Of a stretch of 64,000 nt of DNA, positions 31,509 through 47,048 are shown in pieces. This stretch comes from Eledone cirrhosa (taxonomy: Eukaryota), in assembly GCA_964016885.1 (NCBI GenBank), contig OZ024741.1, forward strand, positions 370,202,001 through 370,266,000. The letters are read 5' to 3'. Position numbers and translations under genes: made by a program. The notes below the pieces were generated by a model, which saw nothing but the letters and a program-made list of their open reading frames with translations, did no database searches and was not told where the DNA came from. How positions within the stretch are numbered: position 1 is the first letter of the stretch; the number at the start of each line of letters is the position of its first letter.

Positions 31509-31549
31509 GACATATACATATATATATACTGTATGTATGTATATATACT

Positions 31550-31638
<89 letters not shown>

Positions 31639-31639
31639 C

Positions 31640-31670
<31 letters not shown>

Positions 31671-31710
31671 GACATATACATATATATATACTGTATGTAT
31701 GTATATATAC

Positions 31711-31770
<60 letters not shown>

Positions 31771-31810
31771 GACATATACATATATATATACTGTATGTAT
31801 GTATATATAC

Positions 31811-31886
<76 letters not shown>

Positions 31887-31900
31887 CATATATATATATA
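31498..31900. repeat. Three tandem copies of a compound microsatellite unit (cacacacagacatatacatatatatatactgtatgtatg...)
   Basis: Same punctuation recurs at about 31498, 31660 and 31760. Confidence 0.8.
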
Positions 31901-32276
31901 CAAAATATTAAAACAATCAAATCTTAGTTTGATACATTTATTTGCTGACAATATTTTGTATCTCAGCTCCGTAATACACTTGATAATTTACATTGAGCCT
32001 GTTATCCTACCGGTGACTGGCTGGTACTTAGTACTACCCTCCATATTTATAATTGTATATTAAACATATATAAGTATAAATATCATTATTATGACTATAT
32101 ATATATAAGTGTCCACTCTGCTTTCTTTCTTGGTTGGTAATGATGCTGGCTTAATTAAAGCATTGAGTGAGTTACAGAACGGTCGGAGATACACCGGTTC
32201 TTCCCATGACTTCGTTTCAATGTTATATATATATACTGATTTTACATATATATACCGTATATATATATATATATAA

Positions 32277-32308
<32 letters not shown>

Positions 32309-32559
32309 TCAACGCCAGTCAGCTCCGTTACGGTCCGACACGTCATCACTCATGCCATCGCAAAAACAAACAAACAAGCCTACACACGCACACATAAACA
32401 CCCAAGCACGCACATACATGTCCACTCAAAATATACAATGATTATTTCCCTTTAAAAACCTCTCTGACACCTAAGATACCCACTGACCAGCATTTCAGAA
32501 AAATGGCTGACTGAATACACATTTTTCTCAAAAATGTTTTTCTGTCCCTTCCATTTCTG

Positions 32560-32720
32560 CCACTCTATCTTTCTATTTCATCTTTTGTTTCCCATTCTAT
32601 CTTCTGATGCAGGACTAGTGTCCGAAACGTAAATACTATTTTCCTACTATATCAAGCGTTAAACTAATATAACTCTTCATTGTACTCTGTAGTTCACTTT
32701 ATTGTTTTCCTTTAATTTTT
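32560..32720 (+). mobile_element. PLE 3' region with minimal HHR at 32601-32633
   Basis: ctt CTGATGC aggac-tagt-gtcc GAAAC GTA aa; same family as 23200-23320. Confidence 0.7.
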
Positions 32721-32757
32721 GCACACACACACACACACATGCACACACACCCACACA

Positions 32758-32841
<84 letters not shown>

Positions 32842-32901
32842 TATATATGTGTGTAAATATCTATATCTCTTTATCTATTTATATAAAATGATGTATATGT
32901 G

Positions 32902-32960
<59 letters not shown>

Positions 32961-33394
32961 TATAGTAATAATAATAAATTCGAAGACTAAAATCCAAAGA
33001 GGGCTCGATAAGGATAGATATATATCAAATATATAAGAACCGTAGAGCAAATATTTATTAAATTATTTTAATAAATATAATATATATATATATATATGTG
33101 TGTGTGTGTATATGTGTGTGTATATATGTGCGTATATATATATACGTAGGTGAGTGTGTACGTATGTATGTATGCATGTATGTATGTAAGTATCAATGTA
33201 TGTATGTATGTAAGTATGTGTATATATATGTATATATACATGTATGTAAGCATGTGTGTAGATATGTACGTATGCAGTTACGACATCAATGTACCATTCT
33301 TAGTTGGCATATCACTGCACGATGAACGTCGTCTCTCATTGCTTTTATTGTATCCTGAAGCCATGTCTGTCTGTTATATAGTACTGGTGTTATT

Positions 33395-33972
33395 GGTGGT
33401 GGTGGTGATGGTGTTGTGATGATGGTGGTGGTTGGGGTTGCGATTTGGTGGTGGTGGTGGTGATGGTGGGAGCGGTTGTGATGGTGGTGGTGGTGATGGT
33501 GGAGGTGGGGGTTGCGATTGTGGTGGCGGTGGTGGGAGGGGTGGGGAGGGGTGTGGGTTGTGATTGTGGTGGTGGTGGTGGTAGTGGGAGGTGTTGTGAT
33601 GATTGTGGTGGTGGTTGTGGGTGTGGGTGTGGCGATTGTTGTTGTGGTGGTGGTGGGAGCGGTTGTGATGGTGGTGGTGGTGATGGTGGCGGTGGGGGAG
33701 GGGGTTGCGATTGTGGTGGTGGTGGTTATGGTGGGAGGGGTTGTGATGGTGGTGGTGGTAATTGTTGGGGGTGGGGGATTGCGATTGTGGTGGTGGGAGG
33801 GTTTTGATGGTGGTGGTTGTGGTGGTGAATGTGGCGGAGGTGGTGGGTGTGGCGATTTAATTTGTTGGGTAAGGGCGTAAGGAGGGTGTATTAGTGTGGT
33901 TGGTCTTATTGTTAATAGTGTTGTTGTTGATGGTGGTTTTGCTAATGGTGGTGGTGTTAGTAGTAGTAGTAG
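33395..33972. repeat. Degenerate (GGT)n-based G/T-rich minisatellite
   Basis: Recurring ggtggtggt / gggttgcgattgtggtgg / ggttgtgatgg units. Confidence 0.9.
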
Positions 33973-35002
33973 TTCCAGGAATTATTCCAAGGTGTTCAAT
34001 CCAATCCAGCTGACATGATCCAGATGGCATGAACCACGTGCCATAATCCAGGTGATATGATCCTTAGAAAAGTCCTAGTCTGTTCAGCAATACCGTGAAT
34101 GGACTCCTCTTTTACTTTAGCGGCCCTTATCGTAGAGCATTTTGTTTTTTTCGTGTTTGTTTTTATAAATGTGGCTTATAAATTATTCTCATAATTTTGC
34201 ACCATTTTCTAAACGTGTTCTGTCTGTCCATCAACCATAGAAAACTAGAGATATTCTGATGCACACAAATATACATAAGGAACTCGTGAATGCAGGGTGG
34301 GATTCAGTGTGACACTGTGTGGCAAAGCAAGCAATCAGACTTACAAGAACACTCTATCCGACTTTGCTTCCAAACAGTTTCCGTCTGCACAATTTCACTC
34401 AGAGGTGTTTGGGTAAAATTGAAGCTAAGGTAAAAGCCACTTGCAGAATATACCACTCAGTACGATCCAACCGAAACTATATGATTGCGAAGCAAACTGA
34501 TAACCACTCTTTCATAATGCGTCCACATACGTAATGGATAATGTTACAGAAATAATGTCTTATTCTTCAATTCTTTAGCGCATTTCTAATGACATACATT
34601 GCATTTATATGAATTAACGAAGAATCTCGAGATATTTTCTAAATATATTAATTATTATATTACTAAAATAATAATTTATGTTTCTTGAATAAAATTATTT
34701 AGGAAAATTTTACTTTACGGCAGTTTTGTTTCATATAACTAGAACCGGTTTTGGCCGGGTTGGTATGAAAATGGTCTTGCCAGAGCTTACTGATTTCTTA
34801 TTGAGAAGAGTTTTATCGCCCAGTAAGAATACAGTGCTAAAGACCCTTTTCAGGGTTTGCAATAATGGTGTGAGGCATGGATGACGGTATGAGTAAAGTA
34901 TCCTTTAACCGGAAACTTATCCCAACTGCTTGAAACAGGATGGTGTCTGGATAAAATTGTATTCGTGTGTGAGTGTGTGCGTACATGTACCCCCCCCCCC
35001 CC

Positions 35003-35155
<153 letters not shown>

Positions 35156-35250
35156 TATTTTATATTACTTAAAATGCAAAGCAGCTAATCATAGGTTGCT
35201 GTAGGTACTCAAGATGGAAACATATACTTTGACACCATGTATTTTAAGTA

Positions 35251-35315
<65 letters not shown>

Positions 35316-36077
35316 TGTGTGTGTCTGCCGCGTGTGTGTGTGTGTGTGCGCGCGCGCGCGCGTCTGTATTTTGTGTGTTTCGAATGTTTAGTGGATAGAC
35401 TGTCAATTGCAGTAAGAAGACAAACCTTTGTGGGGCAGGCAATTTCTTAGGGCTCTTTTTCCCGCCCTCTTCCACTTAATGGAAAACAGTGCTTTGTCTA
35501 AACAGACTTATTTTTTCACCCAGCAGAAAATACGAGCAGCACAATTGCCCATAGGCTATGTCTAAACCACCATCACAGGCTGAACCGCCATCAGTGCACA
35601 GTACCATCTAAGATCTTCCAGTAGTATCCCCTATCTTCCCATAGTTGTTACTACATCGCTAGTGGACCTTTGATAAAAAAAAAAGCGCTTTTTAGGATAG
35701 TCTTGATAAAAAATCTGAGTGTGTAAATCTTTTGTGTAGCCAGACAATCACTTGTTTAAAGTAGTAATGTGTTGTGTGGATCATTCATACATTTAGATAT
35801 TGCTGATAACAACAGTTGGTACATAATATGCAACGGGAGTTACGAACAGTAGACCACAGTCTCTCTGTTCAGACGTTTCCATCTAGATAGATGAGTGCCA
35901 GCTATGGCTAGAGAGCAACTAGGTTTAGTGTCTCAAAGAAGACACAAATACTAAATTATGGGAAAAAAAAATTTTTTAATACTTTTTGGCGCTCTGGGGT
36001 TGAATATTGACGAGCGAGTTCATCATATACATATATACACACATATATTTCTATATTTATTTCTATATTTCTATATT

Positions 36078-36120
<43 letters not shown>

Positions 36121-36266
36121 TAACAGATTAAAGTTTAAGTAAAGAATCGCTGCTTTCACCCTTAACGGGATCTTCTGAAACTAACAAAGTCAATCTGTGA
36201 AATTGCAGAGATTGCTGTAGGTACCCTGAGTTTCAAGATGGAAACATATAATTAGTTGCCCTGTAT

Positions 36267-36359
<93 letters not shown>

Positions 36360-36390
36360 GAGAGAATGAGAGAGAGAAAGAGAGAAAAAA

Positions 36391-36484
<94 letters not shown>

Positions 36485-36633
36485 GCGCTAAGCAGCTGTA
36501 TGATGAAGTTATGGGTGTGTACATACAGAGTGGGAAAGCGAGACTGCACTAGTGTGTATAACATGTTTATATAAACATTGGTGCAGCCTCGGTTCTATAT
36601 AAATATATCATTATGTGTATATACATATATAAA

Positions 36634-36821
36634 GGGCGGTGGATTGGCAGTATCGGTAGAGGGTCGGACGCTATGCTTTGTCGCATAGAGTTACAGCCCT
36701 TGCCATTCTGAGTTCAAATCCCGCCCAGGTTAACTTTGCCTTTCATCCTTACGGGGGTCGATAAAATAAAGTACCAGTAATGTACTGGGTAATTACTCGC
36801 CTTGTGCAAAAAGTAGAAACA
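36634..36821 (+). mobile_element. tRNA-derived SINE copy 4, full-length
   Basis: A box TGGCAGTATCGG, B box GAGTTCAAATCC; 24-bp TSD attatgtgtatatacatatataaa at 36610-36633 and 36822-36845. Confidence 0.92.
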
Positions 36822-36885
36822 ATTATGTGTATATACATATATAAATATATACATATACACACAAACGCTTACACAAATATACACG

Positions 36886-36927
<42 letters not shown>

Positions 36928-37016
36928 CATGTATGTATATATATATATATGTGTGTGTGTGTGTATATATATTTATATATATATATATGTATATATGTAT
37001 ATATATATATATATAT

Positions 37017-37051
<35 letters not shown>

Positions 37052-37064
37052 ATATATATTTATA

Positions 37065-37096
<32 letters not shown>

Positions 37097-37243
37097 TTAC
37101 GTAGACAACATAGCGTATGTGCATAAACGCATCTGCACCGTGTCGTATTTGTGACAGTATTATATTAGCTCAATGTACAAGAACAGAGCCGTTATATGTA
37201 AAAGAAATCAAAGAGCGCCTACATACTCATAAGATTTTTATTC

Positions 37244-37288
37244 GCTGACAATGTTTCATCCATAACGTGGGGCAGCAATCATCAGAGC
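37244..37288 (-). ncRNA. Type I hammerhead (canonical core)
   Basis: Minus strand gct CTGATGA ttgctgcccca-cgtta-tggat GAAAC att GTC agc; stem II weak. Confidence 0.65.
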
Positions 37289-37845
37289 TTTATAAACAAA
37301 AATATAGTGCTGAGTATAAGCCCTACCAAGCTTAGTCACACGAACATGAGATATACAGTACAGGATAATAAGAGGGAGATTGGAAATGGAAAGGATGGAG
37401 AGAATGCGTAATGGGGTTGTTATTCAACATTACAGCTACATATGAGGATATAGGCAGATTTTCTCACAAGAGACGGAGGCACGTGAGAGCACACAGAAAC
37501 AAAAAAAGCATTTAAAGATAGTTAAAAAATATAATAATAATAAAGTAAAAGAAAAATAATAATATAAAAAGATAAATAAATAATTAAAAAATTAAAGCAC
37601 ACAAAAGCAACAGAGGAAGTTATGCATTAGTCACTATATAGAACAGGTGATTTAGTTTCCCATGACTTAGAGTTATAGAAATACTAAGAGACCCCTAAAG
37701 TACCTTCAGAAAGTCCAAAGGGGATTTTATTTCTCCCCATAGTATACATAATCAGGATATATATATATATATATATATGTATGTCCCAAGGCTCTGATAC
37801 CATCAACACTATACACACAGAGCTGGCATATCTAAGAACTGACTA

Positions 37846-37901
37846 ACTGCCTGATGAGGTCATAGCCATTCAATGGCTATCATCGAAATATATATAGCAG
37901 T
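37846..37901 (+). ncRNA. Type I minimal hammerhead (canonical core)
   Basis: actgc CTGATGA ggtcatagccatt-c-aatggctatcatc GAAA tatat ATA gcagt; stems I and II pair; palindromic stem III. Confidence 0.85.
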
Positions 37902-37942
37902 AAATAAAGGATAATGAGTTCATGCAATTGACTTATGTTTCG

Positions 37943-37996
<54 letters not shown>

Positions 37997-38454
37997 TAAG
38001 AGTCTTGAAAAGAAATATGTATTGGTGCCGATACATTTGACTACACATTTTCAAGACCTGCCCGCCTTCTAATGAAAGAATGAAAGAAAGCAGTAGAAAA
38101 AAATATCAGAATAGCGGAATACAAGAATATTTATAAACGTTCTGTTAGATGATAAGCAGAGATAATACTCCATCTGGTAAATATTTTGTAATAACAATGT
38201 TTCGATTATCTTGTTAGACACAAGGCCCTTTACTCTATGATATAAGTATACGGTGTTAAGCAGGCTGTTTAAATAGCAGAAAAAGCCTGGCAAATTGTGA
38301 TATTTCACATTAGTTCCAGATAAATTGGTTCGACAGCTGATGAGAGCCAATCACTGAAAATAGACTTTTCAACGATGTAGATGTATCTTCTTCCTTTACT
38401 TTCTGATCGCTGACCATTCATCGCCTGTCATACATAAATGATGTGTGTATTTGA

Positions 38455-38522
<68 letters not shown>

Positions 38523-38633
38523 GTGTGTGTGTGTATGCGTGTGTGTGTATATATACACACGCAAACACATATATATATTTCTCTCTGTCTGTCTGTCTAT
38601 CTCTCTCTCACACACTCTCTCTCTTTCTCTCTA

Positions 38634-38789
<156 letters not shown>

Positions 38790-38803
38790 TATGTGCATAT
38801 ATA

Positions 38804-38893
<90 letters not shown>

Positions 38894-38939
38894 TATATAT
38901 ATGCACATACATCAGAATGTTTATATGTATATGCATATA

Positions 38940-39068
<129 letters not shown>

Positions 39069-39166
39069 ACATACATATATATATATATATGCACATACAT
39101 CAGAATGTTTATATTTATATACACATATATATATGCATATACATATAAACATTCTGATGTATGTGC

Positions 39167-39285
<119 letters not shown>

Positions 39286-39314
39286 CATATATATATATGC
39301 ACATACATCAGAAT

Positions 39315-39358
<44 letters not shown>

Positions 39359-39494
39359 AGTGTAATTTTCTACACAAAACGAAGGTTATAGAGAAAATTG
39401 AGGTTGGTAGTGGCACATGGAATATATAAGAGACAGAATACTTTTTTGTGAAAAAACATAATTTTATAAGGTAAGGAAATAATAAAGGGTATAA

Positions 39495-39542
39495 AAAATG
39501 ACCGGTTTCGATGGGTCTGCAAAAGCCATCTTTTCAAATGTT
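39495..39542 (-). ncRNA. Type I hammerhead, U3-A8 core variant
   Basis: Minus strand aacat TTGAAAA gatgg...ccatc GAAAC cg GTC atttt. Confidence 0.7.
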
Positions 39543-39587
39543 GATTAATATATACACATATATATATATGCACATACATCAGAATGT

Positions 39588-39626
<39 letters not shown>

Positions 39627-39905
39627 TACACATACATATATGTGTGTGTGTGTGTGTTTGTGTGTGTATGACATTTATTGAGAGACGGTGCCTTACAAGA
39701 CAAATCCCAATTTCCCGTTACCGTTCTACAAGCCGAATGTTCACAGACTGCGGAACATTCTATCGGACACAGTTTGGCTTCCTCGGAAAATAGAATAAAA
39801 CATCAACAATTATTCCTTAAATAAATATATTTAGCTTCTAAGATATATATTGAATATCTTCATATTTCGTTTCTACAAAAAATCCAAATTATATGTATAT
39901 ATACA

Positions 39906-40034
<129 letters not shown>

Positions 40035-40154
40035 ATCTACCAAAATATACGGTAGTGTCCAATATATATATAATTTTATGACTCCCTATATATATATAGT
40101 TGAGCTCTCTTTCTTGTCCATTATCCATATTATATACATATATATATATATGTA

Positions 40155-40211
<57 letters not shown>

Positions 40212-40387
40212 TACAGTATTACCAATTGTTTCATTAATCACAACCACTAACTGGATTACCTTAAACGAAACCTTGTTATCCTATATATATATATATATAC
40301 ACACACACAAATACATATATAGTTATACTCTGTTTTGTATTGAGGACCTTACTTACTGTGGTTACCCTCGATTGATCCCAGGATAAA

Positions 40388-40434
<47 letters not shown>

Positions 40435-40595
40435 CTATATATATATACACACACAAATACATATATATATATATTTGTGTATGTATATATTCCAAGAAGT
40501 ACATTTGCAAATATGAAGACAATATTCCTCAAATCCAAAATATGCTATGATACATACTTATATTATAGAACAATATAAGTAATATATCGAATATT

Positions 40596-40655
<60 letters not shown>

Positions 40656-40679
40656 CACATATATATATATATATATATA

Positions 40680-40740
<61 letters not shown>

Positions 40741-40758
40741 GAGATGAGTTGATATAGA

Positions 40759-40848
40759 AAAAGGTGAGTTGAGATGGAGGGTCTGTGGTTTTTCTCACAT
40801 CTGATGATGTGAGAAAAACCACAGACCCTCCATCTCAACTCACCTTTT
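40759..40848. repeat. Perfect 43-bp inverted repeat with 4-nt loop
   Basis: 40759-40801 is the reverse complement of 40806-40848. Confidence 0.95.
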
Positions 40849-40880
40849 GAAAAGCAGAAGAACTGCGAAACCGGTAAAGG
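40843..40880 (+). ncRNA. Type I hammerhead, U3-A8 core variant
   Basis: cctt TTGAAAA gcag-aagaa-ctgc GAAAC cg GTA aagg; stems I and II perfect, stem III palindrome ACCGGT. Confidence 0.8.
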
Positions 40881-41055
40881 AACCAAATAAATATATATAT
40901 TTTTTTAAAAATAAGACTCCAGTTGCATTTTCGATTTCATCCCTTTTTCTTTATACTTTCACTCGTGTAGGACACCTCGGTTATTTTTCATTTTGTAGAA
41001 AAAAAAAAAAAAAAAAAAAAAAACCTCACTTTCTAATATATATATATATATATAT

Positions 41056-41258
41056 AGTTTTAATATAGATGAGATTCTACAGGACTAGAACTGTTTCATT
41101 CTTTAGAAATCATCAGGAATCTTGATTCCTGGTGATTTCTAAAGAATGAAACAGTTCTAGACCTGTAGAATCTCATCTATATTAAAACTTTTATACTCTG
41201 CAATGTATTGAGTACCTTACTTACTGTGGTTATCTCCGACTCAACCCGGAATAACGCA

Positions 41259-41262
<4 letters not shown>
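41056..41262 (+). mobile_element. Family C fold-back element with two head-to-head hammerheads (41073-41121 minus, 41124-41172 plus)
   Basis: About 66-bp arms around gaatc-tt-gattc; gattc CTG(A/G)TGA tttctaaagaat GAAAC ag...ct GTA gaatc; tail also at 40322-40390. Confidence 0.88.
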
Positions 41263-41308
<46 letters not shown>

Positions 41309-41639
41309 ATTCAACGAAGACACATCACACGAAATACAATTCCTCAGCTACAAATTCCAATTTTAAACGAATTAGCTAATCCTATAATCATGTGAAACTA
41401 ACCATTTAACAACATGCCATTAACAAACTAGACAACACAGAGAATTGAAGCAAAATTATGCAGAAAATGTATTATACCTCACAACTAAATATGTTGCATT
41501 AAGAAGGAAAACATAACCTTTCTTTAATATAAATACATACAGATACATTTATATAATATATATTTTATAAATATAAGTGTGATTGTGTATTATAAAAATA
41601 CACACACGTACTCACACACACACACTCACATATATATAT

Positions 41640-41701
<62 letters not shown>

Positions 41702-41874
41702 CTCTCTCTCTATATATATATAGATAAGATATATATATATTTGCATAAATATATATATATATGTGTGCATGCATGTATTTACCTATAAATATATATATAT
41801 GTATATATTTAAATATAAGTATATGAATATAAAAATATGTTTATATATATATATGTATATACATAAATAAATAA

Positions 41875-41920
<46 letters not shown>

Positions 41921-42013
41921 TTACATATACACACACACATATATGTATATACATATCTATATATCTATATATTTATATATATTTATTTATCTATATAAAT
42001 GTATATATATGTA

Positions 42014-42545
42014 TATAAAATATTAAAAAAATAATGAATAAAACAATGAAACAGTTCCTTATATTAAACAAAAAAAGTTCATTATTTAACGATCGTTTCT
42101 AGGATATATGTGTTAGAATTGGCATGCATATTCAACAGATCTATGTACAAAATTATACAAAATTATACAAACTATCAAAATTAAATATACATACCAAATC
42201 ATTATTTCTGAAGACGGCATATATATGTGTTGGTATGTATATTTAATTTTGATAGTTTGTATAATTTTGTATAATTTTGTACATAGATCTGTTGAATATG
42301 CATGCCAATTCTAACACATATATCCTAGAAACGATCGTTAAATAATGAACTTTTTTTGTTTAATATAAGGAACTGTTTCATTGTTTTATTCATTATTTTT
42401 TTAATATTTTATCTTGACTCTGTATTCCGTTTATCTTTCACCGAAAGTGATTTTTCATTGCATCTCTTCTTTCCATGATATCCGGATTACATTGAGTTCT
42501 TCATACGGATTGGACACTACCGTAAACTCTTGGTAGATTTATCTA
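42014..42545 (+). mobile_element. Family D fold-back element (about 180-bp near-perfect arms; HHR 42200-42347)
   Basis: About 42014-42197 is the reverse complement of about 42231-42412; cattattt CTGAAGA [113 nt] GAAAC gatc GTT aaataatg. Confidence 0.9.
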
Positions 42546-42680
42546 CATATATATGTATATATATATCTATGTAAGTATGTTTGTGTATATATATATATAT
42601 ATATATGTGTGTGCATGTATATATATATGTAATATATGTATATATTTATATATATATGTGTATATATATATGTGTATATG

Positions 42681-42786
<106 letters not shown>

Positions 42787-42787
42787 G

Positions 42788-43158
42788 ATAAATCCCACAA
42801 TTAATGGTAGGGTCTAAACCGTATGAAAACTCAATGTAATCCGCATGTAGAAGATGTCGTGAAGCAAAGTTTAAAATACAAAATTTTCATAGATATAATT
42901 CATTGGATACAGAGTCAAAAATACAAATAGTAAAACAAAATATCATAGTAAGAAAATATACATACGTCTTCACTACCCGCCGTCTTCAGAAATAATCGAC
43001 GTACGTATATTTTCTTACTATGATATTTTGTAATATATTTTACATAGATCAATAATAGAATGGACATACGGGGAACTACCCCCCAGAAACGATTGTAAAA
43101 TAATGAGTTGTACTATGAGTTAACCGTATTTTGTTTAATTTCATTGTTTTACTATTTA
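42788..43158. mobile_element. Family D rearranged head-to-head element
   Basis: Minus arm has attatttCTGAAGA plus tail; plus arm has GAAACgattGTAaaataatg; similar to 50969-51351. Confidence 0.8.
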
Positions 43159-43243
43159 TATATATATATATATAAATGTATCCACATATTATACACACAT
43201 ATATACATTCACACACACACTCACACACACACATATATATATG

Positions 43244-43288
<45 letters not shown>

Positions 43289-43365
43289 ATTCTTTATATA
43301 CATATAACGTATATATGTTATGTATAAAATACATACATCCGTATGTATATATGTATGTGTATATT

Positions 43366-43423
<58 letters not shown>

Positions 43424-43870
43424 AGAAATAGAGAAAGAGGGGGATTGTGAGAGTGTGTGTGGAAGCAGACTGAGAAAATAAATGCAATAGAAAATGATTG
43501 ATTGTGTAACCAACTTCAATTTATTAAATAAATGGATTTTAACAAACAAGATTTCTTTATTAGTTCTTTCTATCTTGTCTGGGAAGAAAACTATGTATAT
43601 ATATGATGAAAAACTATGTATATATAAGTGTAAAAGTAATATTTTTCACAAAATCCACTTGCTCTATCTTCCCACGAAAATCTGTTTGTTTTTCTTTCTC
43701 ATAAGGTTTATTCAATGGGAATAGGGAAGTGTCTTCAACCCTTTCCAAGGTTGCCGAGAGACTTAAGGGCGTGAACGGTCTCTTTCATAATTTTTCAGGT
43801 CGTCCACGAATGGCAGGAGTGAGGAAGGAAAGTTTCATCAGATCGGCCTCTATAGGCGTGTGGCCTAGAG

Positions 43871-44074
43871 TAGGTATGTCAAACTGAGGGTCTCCCGAGG
43901 GCCACATGGGTCACATATGTGTTGTCTGAGGGCCACACACGATAACTAATTGCACACATTACAACTAATTTTACCAAGATAAAACATGCTCGCGCTGTAA
44001 AACCTTTGTGCGGGCTGCAGGTGTGTTTGTAAAGAGACGACTGCGGTCCACGAGCCGCATCTTTCACATTCCTG
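43871..44074. mobile_element. hAT (Charlie-like) MITE
   Basis: Degenerate TIRs taggtatgtcaaact / atctttcacattcctg; internal gggccac/gcgggc motifs; 8-bp TSD gcctagag / gcctagcg. Confidence 0.7.
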
Positions 44075-44669
44075 GCCTAGCGGATAATGTTTGGGACGCA
44101 AGAACATACCGTCGTGGGTTCTATTTCTGGAGATAACTGGATGATGCATTGTGTTCTTGTCATGAAAAGATGGCGGTATATACAGTTTAAAGACCGAAGA
44201 AAAGTCCTGTGTTACACAATTTCTGAAGAAACCAAATAATCCTTTAGAGATATGAACTGCAACAACACCAAGATGATAGTAATGAGCTTCCTAGCATTAA
44301 AAAACACACAAGAAATTTGTATGAAATGCAATTACATCGGATGTCAGTTAAACGTAGATAGACGTGAGCTGCAAAATGTATTTCATATAATTTTATTTCA
44401 AGAGACAAAGTCATCAAAACATCATAGTGATAATGTTAAATCTAACGAGTTTACAGTCGGATTTAAACTCAGGACACAAGAATGCAGCACAAATGCCCAC
44501 AAGGCAACTTGTCCGACATTCAAGCAATTCCATCAATCCACTGTTTTGGATTGCTTCTTTATATGTTTGATGTCTAAAGGACGTAAGTCTAAGATAGGCT
44601 CAGCACGACTTGTACGGGGAATACAGAGTACCACAGAACCGACAACAAAGTCAAAAGTCAAATTCGCTC

Positions 44670-44963
<294 letters not shown>

Positions 44964-45023
44964 TATACATACATAAATGTATGTATATATATATATATAT
45001 ATGTATGTATATATATATATATC

Positions 45024-45252
45024 TGGGAGTGAAGCACCCTTAGCCTTTGTCAGGGCATTCTTCTAGGAGAAGGCAACTCAGGAAACTGGGATAACTCCGA
45101 TATAAACCCTGCGGCTCAGTAGTTACCGATGATGTTGATCTTTTCTTCTTTTCGGGATATAGCTACTGTCTCTCAGAGAGTGGGATTGGCTCAGTGCACA
45201 GTCTTTCCACACTTTAAAAAATATCTTCACGCACAGGCATTGCACGATAGAA
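45024..45252 (+). mobile_element. Probable retroelement fragment (RTE 5' UTR-like)
   Basis: ctaggagaaggcaactc...ataaaccctg resembles RTE 5' regions; recognition only. Confidence 0.3.
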
Positions 45253-45307
45253 TTAGTTAATAATGGTATATCGTGCAATGGCCATACTCGATAATGAAGG
45301 GGCAGCC

Positions 45308-45380
<73 letters not shown>

Positions 45381-45438
45381 ACATATATAAATATACAGAG
45401 ATGTATATATATGAATATATATATAAAAACACACACAT

Positions 45439-45484
<46 letters not shown>

Positions 45485-45620
45485 GTGTGTGTGTGTGTAT
45501 GTGTGTGTGTCTGTGTCTTTGTCTGTGTGTAGATTCCGAGCAAATCGGGGTACCCAGTGGTAAAAAAGGCATCATATTTAAATATAGAAATGGCTTCAAC
45601 AGGAATGATATGAGCAGGGC

Positions 45621-45682
45621 ATTCCTGATCGTTTCATACGAATGAAACAGCTCTAATCCTGTAGAATCAATTTCAAAATTAA
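45621..45682 (+). ncRNA. Family C hammerhead, degenerate core
   Basis: attc CTGATCG tttcatacgaat GAAAC agctctaatcct GTA gaat, followed by (TA)n. Confidence 0.6.
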
Positions 45683-45791
45683 TATATATATATATATATA
45701 TATATATTTGCACATATATATCAATTTATAAAACGTATATATGTATAAAAACATATATATGTATAAAATGTATATATATATAATATATGTA

Positions 45792-45864
<73 letters not shown>

Positions 45865-46116
45865 GTATGTATGTATGTATATCTATATATATATATGCAC
45901 ATATATATTAATTTATAAAACTTTCAGTGGAAAATATACCACCCTCCCTTCCGTATCTATCATGAGAAATAATTGGATTCAATATATGACAACATGCATG
46001 ATATACAATTTTATACATACAAATACATATGAACACTTATATATATATATATATACAATACATAGATATATATGTATATATATGTGTGCGTATATTTATA
46101 TATACATGTGTGTGTA

Positions 46117-46189
<73 letters not shown>

Positions 46190-46241
46190 ATACATATATG
46201 TATGTATATATAGAAATACATGCATATATATGTGTGTTGTG

Positions 46242-46290
<49 letters not shown>

Positions 46291-46315
46291 ACGTATATAT
46301 AGGAATGCATGTATA

Positions 46316-46385
<70 letters not shown>

Positions 46386-46436
46386 AATGTGTGTATGTGT
46401 GCTAGGGTGCGTGTATATATATATATATGTTTCTAT

Positions 46437-46531
<95 letters not shown>

Positions 46532-46910
46532 TATATTTGTGTATATAGCGTTGTGTCGTCTAATGATATTTCATGGTTTTACACGGAATTACACAACACT
46601 AGCTTATTTAATGTCATTACATTATATTATAGGATATTACACGGCATTACATGACGTTACGTGGTAATAGATGGATATTACTTGGCATTGCGTGATAATA
46701 AATGGATAATACACAGTAATGTTATTATGTAGTATATATACTAAGCGGGTAAATAGAAAGGATTGTCATTCAGTAGCATGATATTAGAGAATCAAATATA
46801 CACATACATGCATATATACATAATACTTACATGCATACATTCATACATACATTCATACATACATAATACTTAGGTACATACATACATACATACATATATA
46901 CATACATACA

Positions 46911-46949
<39 letters not shown>

Positions 46950-47048
46950 TCATACATACATATATAAATACATACATACATACATACATACATACATACA
47001 TACATACATACATACATACGTACATACATACAAAATTACGTACATACT

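Noticed and set aside
33445-33880. Gly/Val-rich ORFs
   Set aside because: Product of the (GGT)n repeat; open in several frames
33975-34100. Possible LINE 3' end on minus strand with (TAC)n tail
   Set aside because: No diagnostic protein motif and single copy
36634-36730. tRNA gene
   Set aside because: A and B boxes belong to a SINE with unrelated body, TSD and multiple copies; same applies at 49270-49347
38330-38375. CTGATGA...GAAA hammerhead candidate
   Set aside because: Stems I and II do not pair convincingly
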